Shown: piece by piece, positions 48,360-58,802 of the stretch | Numbering within the stretch: the stretch's first letter is position 1 | Layout of the letters: every line of letters starts with the position of its first letter | Assembly: GCA_963792965.1 (NCBI GenBank) | Contig: CAWBYW010000004.1 | Location: 160,001 to 224,000 of the forward strand | Source of the DNA: an uncultured delta proteobacterium | GTDB lineage: Bacteria > Desulfobacterota > Zymogenia > Zymogenales > Zymogenaceae | Reading direction: 5' to 3' | DNA: 64,000 bases | Made by a program: the position numbers and the translations under genes | Notes under the pieces: model-generated | What the model was told of the DNA's origin: nothing | The model's database searches: none | What the model saw: the letters and a program-made list of their open reading frames with translations, nothing else

Positions 48360-49522
48360 ATGAGCGATATTCAATTTCCGATAAACGTCGATCGGGAGAT
48401 GGACTTGAGCAGAGAGCTTGCCAGAAAGCCGCTGGCGGGCCTGTCGATCCTCGATTACGACGAGTTTGCCGCTTCCAAGGACTGGTCCTGGGGGGACGAC
48501 ACCCGCTATGGTTTTGCCACAGGGCTTGTCCGCGCGATAGAGCACCGGCTGATCGCCCCCGGGCGTTTCCTTAGGCTGGCGGAGGCCAGGGACGAACAAG
48601 AGGCCCTGTCGATGCTCGGGGACACGGATTACGCGAGGATCTATCAGGAGCAGCTCTACGCGACGAACGGTTCGGAGGAGTCCGGCCCGGACGTCGAGCT
48701 GTTACTCGGGCGGGAAGCCGGGAGGGTAAAGGACTTCATCAACGGCCTGACCCAAGACAGGGAGGTGACCGATATCCTGTTTGTGAGGGACGACTTCCTC
48801 AACCTCAAGCTTGCCCTCAAGGGGATCGTCGCCGGCGTCGAGGTCGGCGAATTTCTTCGCCCCCCTCGGGCTTATCGACGGCGCCGTGATCTTTCGCGAG
48901 GCCACTGGTCCCGAATAGGTCCGAAGGGCTCCCACCGTACCTCGCGCGCGCGGCGCTCGTGGCGACGAGCGCATACGCCGACACCAAAGACCCCGCCGAG
49001 ATCGACCGGGTCGTCGATGGGCTGATGTTCGAGCACCTCCTGAACAGGGCCACGGAAAAGGAAATCTTTTTTCTGCATAAATTGATAAGGATCGAAATCG
49101 ATCTGATAAATATCGTCACGTTCTTCAGGCTCAAGTGGCTCGACGAGCCGGTCTCGGCCGTCGGGCCGGCGCTGATAGAGGGAGGAATCCTCCATTTCGA
49201 GCCTTTCCTCGAATTCTACCCGCGGGAGATCGATGCCATCGAAACCGGCTTTCTGGCGGGCTCCCGGTATCACGACTTCATCAGCGAGGGAATCGCCGGC
49301 CTTAAGAACGAGCGCTCTTTCGTTCGCATGGAGGGGCTCCTCGACGGGGAGCTGTTGAAGTTTGTAGAGCGCGAAAAGGAGATCAATTTCGGAGTGGAGG
49401 TCCTGACCGCCTACTATTATAAAAAGACGATCGAGCTCAGGAGGCTCAGGACTATCCTCATCGGCAAGAAAAACGGCCTTTCGGCCGCGAAAATAAAGGA
49501 AATGCTGGGATATGGGGGGTAG
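48360..49522 (+). CDS. atpC: V/A-type ATPase subunit C (d); two +1 frameshifts at about 48853 and 48911
   Basis: Y.FATG.VRAIE.RL, D..NLK..LK, ID..NI..FFR and ELRRLRTILIGK; about 386 aa when corrected. Confidence 0.85.
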
Positions 49523-49844
49523 CACTATCGTTGTCATCGGTGACAGAGACTCCGTCCTTGGGTTCGGCGCCCTCGGCGTGAAGGTAATGATGCCCGCGCC
49601 CGATCCGGATGAGTTGCGCCGTGCGATCGGAGCAGCGGTTGCCGGGGGGGCGGCCGTCGTCTTCATCACGGAGAGGCTGGCGGGGCAGATTCCCGAAACG
49701 ATCGCGGAGCTCTCTACAAGGCCGCTCCCGTCGGTCGTTACGATCCCCGATGGGTCGGGGAGCACGGGCATGGGGCTTTTAAAGCTCGACGAGATTATCG
49801 TCCGGGCCGTCGGCTCCCGTCCCGCCCCGCAAGAGGAAGAATAG
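49512..49844 (+). CDS. atpF: V/A-type ATPase subunit F
   Basis: VIGDRDSVLGFGALGV, ITE.LA and RAVG. Confidence 0.9.
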   Translation: MGGSTIVVIGDRDSVLGFGALGVKVMMPAPDPDELRRAIGAAVAGGAAVVFITERLAGQIPETIAELSTRPLPSVVTIPDGSGSTGMGLLKLDEIIVRAVGSRPAPQEEE

Positions 49845-49968
49845 TCTCGGATGCCGCATTATCGGCGCACAGAAACGGATGGAGGCGGCGTGATCTGCGT
49901 AGTCGGACGGAATCAAGACAAGAAATATCGAATGGTACCATCAGGACAGGCACGGGAACGGTGAACAG

Positions 49969-51753
49969 ATGAAAAAGGGGGTAATCACCAAGGTATCGGG
50001 GCCGCTCGTGGTCGCAGACCATATGCCGGACTCAAAGATGTTTGACGTGGTCAAGGTCAGCGACGAGGGGCTCATCGGAGAGATCATCGAGCTCCACGGT
50101 GACAAGGCCTTCATCCAGGTTTACGAGGAGACCGGCGGCATCGGCCCCGGCGATCCCGTTTTCCCGACGGACGCGCCGCTCTCGGTGGAGCTCGGGCCGG
50201 GCCTGATCACCTCGATCTACGACGGCATCCAGCGCCCCCTCTCGGCCATCAGAAAACAAGTTGGTGACTTCATCACTCGCGGCGTCGTGGCCGAGCCGCT
50301 GGATCGCGACAGGCTCTGGGATTTTAAGGCGTCGGCGAGCCCGGGCGACGAGGTCGAAGGGGGCGACATTATCGGTGAGGTCGCCGAGACCGTCGCCGTC
50401 GTTCACCGGATCATGGTGCCCCACGGGGTTCGGGGTAAGGTCACGAAGATAACGTCGGGCAGCTTTACGGTGAAGGACGCCGTCTGCGAGATCGAGAGCA
50501 CGGACGGTCCGGAAAAGATCACCATGATGCAGAGGTGGCCCGTCCGCATCCCGCGTCCCTATAAACGAAAGCTGAGGCCGGAAGAGCTCCTCGTCACCGG
50601 ACAGCGGATCATCGACGCCTTCTTCCCGCTCGCCAGGGGGGGGACCGCCTGTGTGCCGGGGCCCTTCGGCAGCGGCAAGACGGTCATCCAGCACCAGCTT
50701 GCCAAGTGGGCCGACGCCGAGATCGTCGTCTATATCGGGTGCGGCGAGCGCGGCAATGAGATGACCGACGTCCTGATGGAGTTCCCCCATCTGGCGGACC
50801 CCAAGACGGGGGTGACCCTCATCAACCGTACAGTCCTCATCGCCAACACCTCCAACATGCCGGTCGCGGCCCGGGAGGCCTCAGTCTATACGGGGATCAC
50901 CATCGCCGAATATTTCCGGGACATGGGCTACTCCGTGGCGGTCATGGCCGACTCCACCTCCCGCTGGGCGGAGGCGATGCGCGAGATTTCAGGGCGCCTG
51001 GAGGAGATGCCCGGTGAGGAGGGTTACCCCGCCTACCTTGGTACGCGGATCGCCGAGTTCTACGAGCGCTCCGGAAGAGTGGCCGCGTCGTGTTCCGGCA
51101 ACCGGGAGGGGAGCCTTTCCGTCATCGGGGCCGTCTCTCCTCCGGGCGGCGACCTCTCCGATACCGTCGTTCAGGCAACCCTGCGCGTGGTCAAAGTCTT
51201 CTGGAGCCTTGAGGACAAACTCGCCTTCCAGAGGCATTTCCCCGCCATCTCCTGGCTCAACAGCTACTCCCTCTACCACGAGAACATAGAAGGGACCTTG
51301 AGAAAGGAGGTGGCCTCGGATATCGTCGAGACGCGTCTTGAGGCCATGAAAATCCTCCAGGAGGAGGCGGAGCTGTCCGAGATCGTCAAGCTCGTCGGGG
51401 TCGAGTCTCTTTCGGCGCATGACCGGCTTGTCCTTGAGACGGCTCGGTCGATCAGAGAGGATTTCCTCCATCAGAACGCCTTCCACGAGGTGGACTCGTA
51501 CTGCTCGCCGAAGAAGATGAACAAGATGCTCAGGCTTATACTGAGCCTCCATCATCTCTCCGACGAGGCGCTGGGCGCGGGCGTTCCCTTTCACGAGATA
51601 ACCAGGATGAAGGTAAAGGAAGAGATCGCGCGCGCCAAATATATCCCCGAGGATAAGATCGATCAGATGGACAAGATCACACAGTCCGCGGTGACCGAAG
51701 TCGAGCTCCTCGGGAAGATGCATTCACAAAAAGAGGTTGTGCTGGGCTTTTAG
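49969..51753 (+). CDS. atpA: V/A-type ATPase catalytic subunit A
   Basis: GPFGSGKT, GCGERGNE, NTSNMPVAARE and DSTSRWAEA. Confidence 0.97.
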   Translation: MKKGVITKVSGPLVVADHMPDSKMFDVVKVSDEGLIGEIIELHGDKAFIQVYEETGGIGPGDPVFPTDAPLSVELGPGLITSIYDGIQRPLSAIRKQVGDFITRGVVAEPLDRDRLWDFKASASPGDEVEGGDIIGEVAETVAVVHRIMVPHGVRGKVTKITSGSFTVKDAVCEIESTDGPEKITMMQRWPVRIPRPYKRKLRPEELLVTGQRIIDAFFPLARGGTACVPGPFGSGKTVIQHQLAKWADAEIVVYIGCGERGNEMTDVLMEFPHLADPKTGVTLINRTVLIANTSNMPVAAREASVYTGITIAEYFRDMGYSVAVMADSTSRWAEAMREISGRLEEMPGEEGYPAYLGTRIAEFYERSGRVAASCSGNREGSLSVIGAVSPPGGDLSDTVVQATLRVVKVFWSLEDKLAFQRHFPAISWLNSYSLYHENIEGTLRKEVASDIVETRLEAMKILQEEAELSEIVKLVGVESLSAHDRLVLETARSIREDFLHQNAFHEVDSYCSPKKMNKMLRLILSLHHLSDEALGAGVPFHEITRMKVKEEIARAKYIPEDKIDQMDKITQSAVTEVELLGKMHSQKEVVLGF

Positions 51754-51780
51754 ACGACCCCAACAGAGAGTCATCCTCAC

Positions 51781-53178
51781 ATGCAGAAAGAATACCTGAC
51801 GATAAAAGATATTTACGGGCCGCTCGTGATCGTGGAGGAGGTCCAGGGCGTCAAGTACGAGGAGCTGGTATCGGTCCAGCTCAAAAACGGCGATACGAGG
51901 ACCGGTAAGGTTCTCGAGGTCGACGGCGACCGGGCGATGATACAGCTCTTTGAGGGGACGACGGGCGTCGACATCTACACGTCGCGCGTCCGATTCCTCG
52001 GACGAGGTATCCAGATCGCGCTGTCGGAAGACATCCTCGGCCGGGTCTTCGACGGCATGGCAAAACCGATCGACGACGGCCCGAAGATCATCGCTCAAAA
52101 GCGGATGGACATCAACGGAAACCCGATCAACCCCTATGCCCGCGACTATCCAGAAGAATTCATCCAGACCGGCATCTCGGCCATCGACGGCCTCAACACG
52201 CTCGTGCGCGGGCAGAAGCTTCCGATCTTTTCCGGATCAGGCCTCCCGCACAACCGACTGGCCGCCCAGATCGCCCGCCAGGCAAAGGTGCGGGGCACGG
52301 GGGAGGGCTTCGCCGTCGTCTTTGCGGCGATGGGGATCACGTTTGAGGAGGCGAACTACTTTATTTCCGAGTTCAACAAGACCGGCGCCATCGATCGGTC
52401 GGTTCTCTTCCTGAACCTCGCAAACGACCCCGCCCTTGAGCGCGTGGCGACGCCGCGCATGGCGCTCACGGCGGCGGAATACCTCGCATTCGACAGGGGG
52501 ATGCACGTCCTGGTCATCCTCACCGACATGACCAACTACTGCGACGCACTGCGCGAGATCTCGGCCGCCCGCAAGGAAATCCCCGGCAGGCGCGGCTACC
52601 CCGGATACCTCTATACGGATCTGGCCACGCTCTATGAGCGGGCGGGAAAGATACAGGGGAAGGCGGGATCGATCACCCAGATCCCGATCCTCACCATGCC
52701 CGAGGACGACAAGACGCACCCGATCCCGGACCTGACCGGCTATATCACCGAGGGACAGATTATTCTCTCGCGCGTGCTCCTTCGCAAGAACGTCAACCCG
52801 CCCATCGACGTGTTGCCGTCGCTCTCACGGCTCAAGGACAAGGGGATGGGCGCGGACAAGACGAGGGAGGACCACGCGGACGTCAACAACCAGCTCTTCG
52901 CGGCCTACGCCCGCGGAAAGGAGGCCCAGGAGCTGGCCGTCATCCTCGGCGAGGCGGCGCTTTCGGACGTCGACAGGATGTTCTACGATTTTGCCAACAC
53001 GTTCGAGATGCACTACGTCTGTCAGGGCGAGTACGAGGATCGGAGCATCGAGGAGACCCTCGACCTCGGCTGGAAGCTCTTGGCGTCCTTCCCGACGTCG
53101 GAGCTGAAGAGAATACGGCATGAGTACCTCGAAAAGTATCTTCCCCGGTTTAGGAAGGAGGAGAGTGCGGCGGTCTGA
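51781..53178 (+). CDS. atpB: V/A-type ATPase subunit B
   Basis: [24 protein letters not shown] and [15 protein letters not shown]. Confidence 0.97.
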   Translation: MQKEYLTIKDIYGPLVIVEEVQGVKYEELVSVQLKNGDTRTGKVLEVDGDRAMIQLFEGTTGVDIYTSRVRFLGRGIQIALSEDILGRVFDGMAKPIDDGPKIIAQKRMDINGNPINPYARDYPEEFIQTGISAIDGLNTLVRGQKLPIFSGSGLPHNRLAAQIARQAKVRGTGEGFAVVFAAMGITFEEANYFISEFNKTGAIDRSVLFLNLANDPALERVATPRMALTAAEYLAFDRGMHVLVILTDMTNYCDALREISAARKEIPGRRGYPGYLYTDLATLYERAGKIQGKAGSITQIPILTMPEDDKTHPIPDLTGYITEGQIILSRVLLRKNVNPPIDVLPSLSRLKDKGMGADKTREDHADVNNQLFAAYARGKEAQELAVILGEAALSDVDRMFYDFANTFEMHYVCQGEYEDRSIEETLDLGWKLLASFPTSELKRIRHEYLEKYLPRFRKEESAAV

Positions 53179-53237
53179 GGGGAGGGAAATTTTATGGCAA
53201 TTCGATCGTCACCTGTAGAGAAGGATCGCGCATCGGC

Positions 53238-53858
53238 ATGAGACTCAACGTCAACAGCACGCGAATGGAGCTCATGCGCCTGAAAAAGCGCCTCGTCGTC
53301 GCCCAGCGGGGCCACAAGCTCCTCAAGGACAAGCAGGACGAGCTCATGCGCCGCTTCATGGAGATCATCGAGTCCACGAGGTCTATCCGCGTCACGGTCG
53401 AGCGCGACCTCTCCGGTATTCTCAATCGCTTCATCCATATCAATTCCTATATGGGCGCCCAGAAGGTCTTTGAGGCGCTCGTGCTTCCGTCCCTGAGGGT
53501 CGATATCGACGTCACGATGATCTCCATCATGAACGTCAGGGTGCCCGAGTTCGGCTTCAGACAAGAAGGGCCCGTCCGGTGTTACGGCTGGGCCGGCACG
53601 TCCGGGGAGCTCGACCTTTATCTGACGGACCTGGGCAAGATATTCGGGGAAATGATCAGGCTTGCCCAGAACGAGAAACGGGCCGAGCTCCTCGCCGACG
53701 AGATTGTGAAGACGCGGCGGCGCGTCAACGCCCTGGAGTATGTCCTCATCCCCAACATCAAAGAGACGATCCGCTTCATCACGATGAAGCTGGACGAGAT
53801 GGAGCGCTCCAACCTCTCTCGCCTCATGAAGGTCAAGGACATCGTCCGGGCCAAATAG
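53238..53858 (+). CDS. atpD: V/A-type ATPase subunit D
   Basis: TRMEL..LK..L..A.RGHKLLKDK and KTRRRVNALEY. Confidence 0.95.
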   Translation: MRLNVNSTRMELMRLKKRLVVAQRGHKLLKDKQDELMRRFMEIIESTRSIRVTVERDLSGILNRFIHINSYMGAQKVFEALVLPSLRVDIDVTMISIMNVRVPEFGFRQEGPVRCYGWAGTSGELDLYLTDLGKIFGEMIRLAQNEKRAELLADEIVKTRRRVNALEYVLIPNIKETIRFITMKLDEMERSNLSRLMKVKDIVRAK

Positions 53859-53999
53859 ACTGCGTGCACCAGGCGTGGGAATGACGACTTGTCCTGCCCG
53901 GACATTTGGCGCGAGAAAGACAGCCCGATTCCTTCACCATGATATCCCCTCCTCGGCCGATTGTGTTGTTCTTTAAATCCATGTTATGTGGAGGATAGT

Positions 54000-54356
54000 A
54001 TGTACTGCTCGGTCTGCGGAAAGAAAAATCCCGATGATGCCGGTACGTGCTCCAAATGTGGGGCGGTCCTCGGCCCCGTTTCCGGCGCGTCGGCGGGCTC
54101 ATACCTCCCCAACTATCTTGCCCCGGCGGTCGTCGTCACAATATTCTGCTGTATGCCGCTGGGACTTGTCGCCCTCATCTTCGCCGCCCAGGTCAACGGA
54201 CGGCAGATAGCGGGGGAAGTTGAGAAGGCCCGGGAATCGTCCAAGAGCGCGCGCCTCTGGTGCTGGATCGCCTTCGGGGTGGGGATCGTCTTCTGGACGT
54301 TCTATATTATACTTGTGATCGCCTTGTTGGTCTTCTCCGCGCGGAGAGGGATATGA
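54000..54356 (+). CDS. Zinc-ribbon plus CD225/dispanin-family membrane protein
   Basis: CSVCG...CSKCG, then PNYL..A...T.FCC.PLG.VA...A.QV....G....A...S..AR.W. Confidence 0.85.
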   Translation: MYCSVCGKKNPDDAGTCSKCGAVLGPVSGASAGSYLPNYLAPAVVVTIFCCMPLGLVALIFAAQVNGRQIAGEVEKARESSKSARLWCWIAFGVGIVFWTFYIILVIALLVFSARRGI

Positions 54357-54787
54357 GCCAATCTCCGAATCGGGCCCCCTCATACGCGATCCCGGAAGGG
54401 ATATTGGTTATCGGCGCGGGTCTCGCGATAGTTGCCGCCGGCGTTATCCTCTACGCTGGTGACCCCGCCGTCTCGCCCATCTTCCCTCCCTGTCCCTTCC
54501 ACTGGCTCACCGGCCTCTGGTGCCCCGGGTGCGGGTCGGCGCGGGCGCTCAATGCGATACTGCACGGCCGCATCATGAGTGCGCTTGACCTCAACCCGCT
54601 GTTGGTCATCTCGCTCCCCTTCCTGGCTTACGCCGCCGTTTCGCGGGCGCTCATGGCGCTGTGGGGGAGGGGACTTCCCCGGATATTTACCGGGGCCGCC
54701 TGGGGGTGGCTCGTCCTTTGTGTCGTCGTGGTCTTCTGGGTGGCCCGTAACATCCCCATCTATCCCTTTACGATCCTTGCCCCCTGA
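54353..54787 (+). CDS. DUF2752-domain membrane protein
   Basis: CPF..LTGL.CPGCG..RA...LHG....A..LNPL; ATGA overlap with the CD225 gene. Confidence 0.85.
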   Translation: MSQSPNRAPSYAIPEGILVIGAGLAIVAAGVILYAGDPAVSPIFPPCPFHWLTGLWCPGCGSARALNAILHGRIMSALDLNPLLVISLPFLAYAAVSRALMALWGRGLPRIFTGAAWGWLVLCVVVVFWVARNIPIYPFTILAP

Positions 54788-54905
54788 TTCGTTCCACCCG
54801 GCCGACGCGCTGGATGTGTCGGTACCGCCGTCCCGTCGTCGAAACTCGTTCATTTCCGGGTCCGGCCGGAACAAGGCCGCTCCCGGCATGTCACTATCTT
54901 ATCCC

Positions 54906-54934
54906 TTGACATCCGAACCGAAATGACATAGCCT
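54906..54934 (+). promoter_or_regulatory. Sigma70 promoter for murI-fusA-plsC
   Basis: TTGACA-17 nt-TAGCCT. Confidence 0.5.
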
Positions 54935-54964
54935 ATCAATTTATGTGTCGAAAGGAAAAGAGCG

Positions 54965-55792
54965 TTGCATCACAACAACATACCCATCGATTCCAGCGGC
55001 TCCATCGGTGTTTTCGACTCCGGGGTCGGTGGCCTCACGGTGCTGAAGGAGATTGTCCGGGCGCTCCCCGGTGAGGACTGCATCTACTTGGGGGACACTG
55101 CACGGATACCGTACGGCAATAAATCCAAGGACACGGTAACGAAGTTCGCCCTCAAGAATACCGAGTTTCTCGTGTCCCTCGGCATAAAGTTTCTCGTCGT
55201 CGCGTGCAACACCGCGGCCTCGGCGGGGATGGACGCCGTCAGGGACCAGTACGATATCCCCACGATCGGCGTCATCAGCCCCGAGGCGCGGCGGGCGGCG
55301 GCGGTCACAAAGAACAAGACGGTGGGCGTGATCGGGACAAGGGCGACCATCGGCAGCGGGGCGTACGAGCGTGCTATCCATGGATATGATCCGGACATCA
55401 CGGTCTTAACGAGGCCATGTCCCCTTTTTGTCCCGCTGGCCGAGGAGGGGTGGTTCGAGGACGAGATCACGCTCCAGGTCGCGGAGCGCTACCTGATGGA
55501 TCTTTCCGACAAGGGGATGGACACCCTTGTCCTCGGCTGCACCCACTATCCCCTCCTCAGGAAGGTGATAGCAGAGGCGGTTGGCTATGACGTGACCCTC
55601 GTCGATTCGGCCATCCCGATCGCCCGGGAGGTCAGGGAGACCCTCGATTCGAAGGGGCTGCTTCAAGGCGACGGGCGCAAGCGGAAGCTCACCTTCTACG
55701 TGACGGACGACCCGAAGAGCTTTAGGCGGGTGGGGGAAGCATTCCTCGGATTTCCACTGGATGACGTTCAGCATGTGGATATCGTGGTCTGA
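54965..55792 (+). CDS. murI: Glutamate racemase
   Basis: IGVFDSGVGGLTV, PYG, ACNTA and LGCTHYP. Confidence 0.96.
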   Translation: MHHNNIPIDSSGSIGVFDSGVGGLTVLKEIVRALPGEDCIYLGDTARIPYGNKSKDTVTKFALKNTEFLVSLGIKFLVVACNTAASAGMDAVRDQYDIPTIGVISPEARRAAAVTKNKTVGVIGTRATIGSGAYERAIHGYDPDITVLTRPCPLFVPLAEEGWFEDEITLQVAERYLMDLSDKGMDTLVLGCTHYPLLRKVIAEAVGYDVTLVDSAIPIAREVRETLDSKGLLQGDGRKRKLTFYVTDDPKSFRRVGEAFLGFPLDDVQHVDIVV

Positions 55793-55824
55793 TTTCAAAT
55801 CTTCTATTCGTATGATATGGTGCT

Positions 55825-57864
55825 ATGGCTGGCGAAGGAAGACTAAAAAAGATCCGAAACATCGGGATCATATCCCATATCGACGCCGGAAAAACCACCG
55901 TCACCGAGCGTATCCTCTATTACACGGGGGTATCCTATAAGATCGGAGAGGTGCACAACGGCGAGGCGATCATGGACTGGATGCCCCAGGAACAAGAGCG
56001 GGGCATCACCATCACAAGCGCCACCACCACCTGCCAGTGGCGCGGCCATGAAATCCACATTATCGATACCCCCGGGCACGTAGACTTCACCATGGAGGTG
56101 GAGCGATCGTTGCGTGTCCTGGACGGGGCGATCGCGATCTTTTCCGCCGTGGAGGGTGTGGAGCCCCAATCGGAGACGGTATGGCACCAGGCCGACCGGT
56201 ACGGGGTTCCTCGGATCGCCTTTATCAACAAGATGGACCGGGTCGGGGCCGATCTCTTCGCGGTCCTGGATATGATCGTCGAGAAATTAGGCGTCAGGCC
56301 GCTCCTCATGCAGCTTCCCATCGGGACGGAGAGCGGCTTCTCCGGCGTGATCGATCTTGTTACCATGACGGCGCTCTCGTTTTCCGAGGAAGACCTCGGC
56401 GTCACGGTGCTCAGGTCCGAGGTCCCCCAGAATCTGAGGGACGAGGCGGCGCGGATGAGGGAGAAGGTGCTGGAGACGGCGGCGGACCTCGACGACGAGC
56501 TCGCCGAGAAGTACCTCGAAGGGGAAGAGCTTGCCCCCGCCGAGATCATCGCCGCCCTCAGAAAAGGGGTCGTCGGCGCAATATTCGTCCCGGTTTTTCT
56601 CGGCTCCGGGCTCAAGAACAAGGGCATCCAGCCGCTGTTGGACGGCGTTGTCGATCTTCTTCCCTCTCCCCTCGACGTGCCGCCGGTGGAAGGGACCAAT
56701 CCCGCCACCGGCCGTCCCGAGACGAGGGCAAGCAGCGACGGCGCCCCGCTGGCGGCCCTCGCCTTCAAGGTGCAGGTCGACGCGGGGAGGAAGGTAACCT
56801 ATTTCCGCATCTACTCGGGAGTGCTCAAGACGGGAGAAGAAGTCTATAACCCGCGGCTGAAGCAGGGGGAGAAGATCGCCCGCCTTTTAAAGATCCACGC
56901 CAACCGGAAGGAGCGGATCGAATCGGCACGGGCGGGGGATATCGCGGCGGCCATGGGCCTCAAGGACACCACCACGGGGGATACGCTCTGCGACCGGGGC
57001 CACCCGATCATCCTTGAGTCGATCTCCTCCATGGAGCCGGTCATCAGCATGGCGATCGAGCCGAAGACCGTGCTGGACCAGGAGAAACTGGCGGTCTCTC
57101 TTGACAAGCTGGTCGAGGAGGACCCGACGCTCCGGGTTGCCGTCAGTGAGGATACCGGCCAGACGATCGTCTCGGGGATGGGGGAACTCCACCTCGAGAT
57201 CCTCGTAGACCGCCTGAACCGGGAGTTCAACGTGGCGGCAAACGTGGGCAAGCCCCAGGTCGTCTACCGGGAGACGATCACGCAGCCGTCGGTTTCGGAC
57301 GTCACCATCGACCGGGACATCGCCGGCCAGCCGCGTTACGCCAAGCTCTCGGTGCTCCTTGAGCCCCTCGAGCGGGGAAAGGGCGTGGACGTCAAGAGCC
57401 GGATCGGGGAAGACAGCCTGCCGGACCGGTTCATCGACGCGGCGCTCACCGGGATGAGCGACGCCGCGACGTCCGGGCCGATTCTCGGTTACCCCCTCCA
57501 CGATGTGAAGATACGATTGATATCGGCCGAAAAAAGAGACGGTGTCAGCGATGAGCTGGCCTTCTCGATCGCCTCCGGGATGGCGGTGAAGGAAGCGGCC
57601 CGCGCCGCACACCCCATCCTCCTTGAGCCGATCATGCTGGTCGATATCGTCACCCCGGAGGAGTTTATGGGCGAGATCATCGGTGATTTAAACGCCCGCG
57701 GCGGACATCTGAGGAATATCGATACCCGGGGCAAAATCAAGGACATACGAGTGGACGTCCCTCTCTCGAAAATGTTCGGCTATTCGACGAGCCTGAGGTC
57801 ATTGAGCCAGGGGAGGGCGACCTTTACCATGCATTTTTCCCGCTTCGATAAGGTGGAGGGATGA
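55825..57864 (+). CDS. fusA: Elongation factor G paralog (outside the str operon)
   Basis: [40 protein letters not shown] and MFGYST.LRS.SQGR. Confidence 0.9.
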   Translation: MAGEGRLKKIRNIGIISHIDAGKTTVTERILYYTGVSYKIGEVHNGEAIMDWMPQEQERGITITSATTTCQWRGHEIHIIDTPGHVDFTMEVERSLRVLDGAIAIFSAVEGVEPQSETVWHQADRYGVPRIAFINKMDRVGADLFAVLDMIVEKLGVRPLLMQLPIGTESGFSGVIDLVTMTALSFSEEDLGVTVLRSEVPQNLRDEAARMREKVLETAADLDDELAEKYLEGEELAPAEIIAALRKGVVGAIFVPVFLGSGLKNKGIQPLLDGVVDLLPSPLDVPPVEGTNPATGRPETRASSDGAPLAALAFKVQVDAGRKVTYFRIYSGVLKTGEEVYNPRLKQGEKIARLLKIHANRKERIESARAGDIAAAMGLKDTTTGDTLCDRGHPIILESISSMEPVISMAIEPKTVLDQEKLAVSLDKLVEEDPTLRVAVSEDTGQTIVSGMGELHLEILVDRLNREFNVAANVGKPQVVYRETITQPSVSDVTIDRDIAGQPRYAKLSVLLEPLERGKGVDVKSRIGEDSLPDRFIDAALTGMSDAATSGPILGYPLHDVKIRLISAEKRDGVSDELAFSIASGMAVKEAARAAHPILLEPIMLVDIVTPEEFMGEIIGDLNARGGHLRNIDTRGKIKDIRVDVPLSKMFGYSTSLRSLSQGRATFTMHFSRFDKVEG

Positions 57865-57865
57865 G

Positions 57866-58627
57866 ATGAAAAGACTATTCTACCATTTGATCTTCCCGCT
57901 CTACCTCCCGTTCTTCTTTTTTTTCGTTATGGTGAGCACGCTGTTCTTGGGCAGCATCGTGATTATCATGGCCTTCATACCGGGGCTTGATCCCAAGAAG
58001 GATCTCGGAAACTGGATCGGCCGCCTCTGGTCATGGATGGACCTCGGGCTCTCGGGAACGAGGGTTTGGATGAGGGGCGAGCAAAAGATCGACCGGCATC
58101 GGTCCTATATCGTCATGTCGAATCACCAGAGCCATTTCGACGTGTGGGCGCTCATCGCCTACATACCGCTCCAGCTGCGCTGGGTCATGAAGATTGAGCT
58201 TCGCTCGATCCCGATATTCGGGCTTGGATGCGAGAAGCTCGGGATGATCTACGTGGATCGGGGCGATTCGGAGAAGGCGCATAGAAGTCTCGAGACCGCA
58301 AAGGATAAAATCAGGGCGGGGGCTTCGGTGGTTTTCTTTCCCGAGGGGACGCGGAGCTCCGACGGGAAAATCCAGGACTTCAAAAAGGGCGGCTTCGTAA
58401 TGGCGCTGGCCACCGAGACCCCGATCCTTCCGATCACCATAAACGGGAGCCGCTACGCCTTCCCCAAGGGTATGCCGCTCCTCATGAAACCGGGGAAAAT
58501 CCAGATCATCATCCACGATCCCATAGAGGTATCGGGCCTTAGGTACGAGGACAGGGATGAATTGATGAGAAAAGTCCGCAAGGTCATCGAAAAGGACCTC
58601 GATCTTGAATACGGAAAGCTCCCGTAA
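57866..58627 (+). CDS. plsC: 1-acyl-sn-glycerol-3-phosphate acyltransferase (LPLAT)
   Basis: NHQSHFD, FPEGTRS and FKKG.F. Confidence 0.9.
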   Translation: MKRLFYHLIFPLYLPFFFFFVMVSTLFLGSIVIIMAFIPGLDPKKDLGNWIGRLWSWMDLGLSGTRVWMRGEQKIDRHRSYIVMSNHQSHFDVWALIAYIPLQLRWVMKIELRSIPIFGLGCEKLGMIYVDRGDSEKAHRSLETAKDKIRAGASVVFFPEGTRSSDGKIQDFKKGGFVMALATETPILPITINGSRYAFPKGMPLLMKPGKIQIIIHDPIEVSGLRYEDRDELMRKVRKVIEKDLDLEYGKLP

Positions 58628-58802
58628 GAAACCGAGGGGCGTTCTCGAGCGACGCGCGTGTTGTCTTGTGCCACGCGATTTCGTGAAAGTGTGTCCTGTT
58701 TGTCGTTCCTCCGCTTAGGGCCGATGACAAGGTGATGCCGGCGGTGCGACGCGTGGGCGCAATGCCCTGTTTTCCAAAAGAAATCTCCAGGAAGGAAAAG
58801 GC

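Noticed and set aside
20683-48912. Programmed ribosomal frameshifting or phase variation as the cause of the split genes
   Set aside because: No slippery heptamers or long repeat tracts. Several indels occur per gene across unrelated genes, which fits sequencing error better.
58655-58675. TGGCAC on the minus strand as a second sigma54 promoter
   Set aside because: No GC at the -12 position and no suitably oriented gene.
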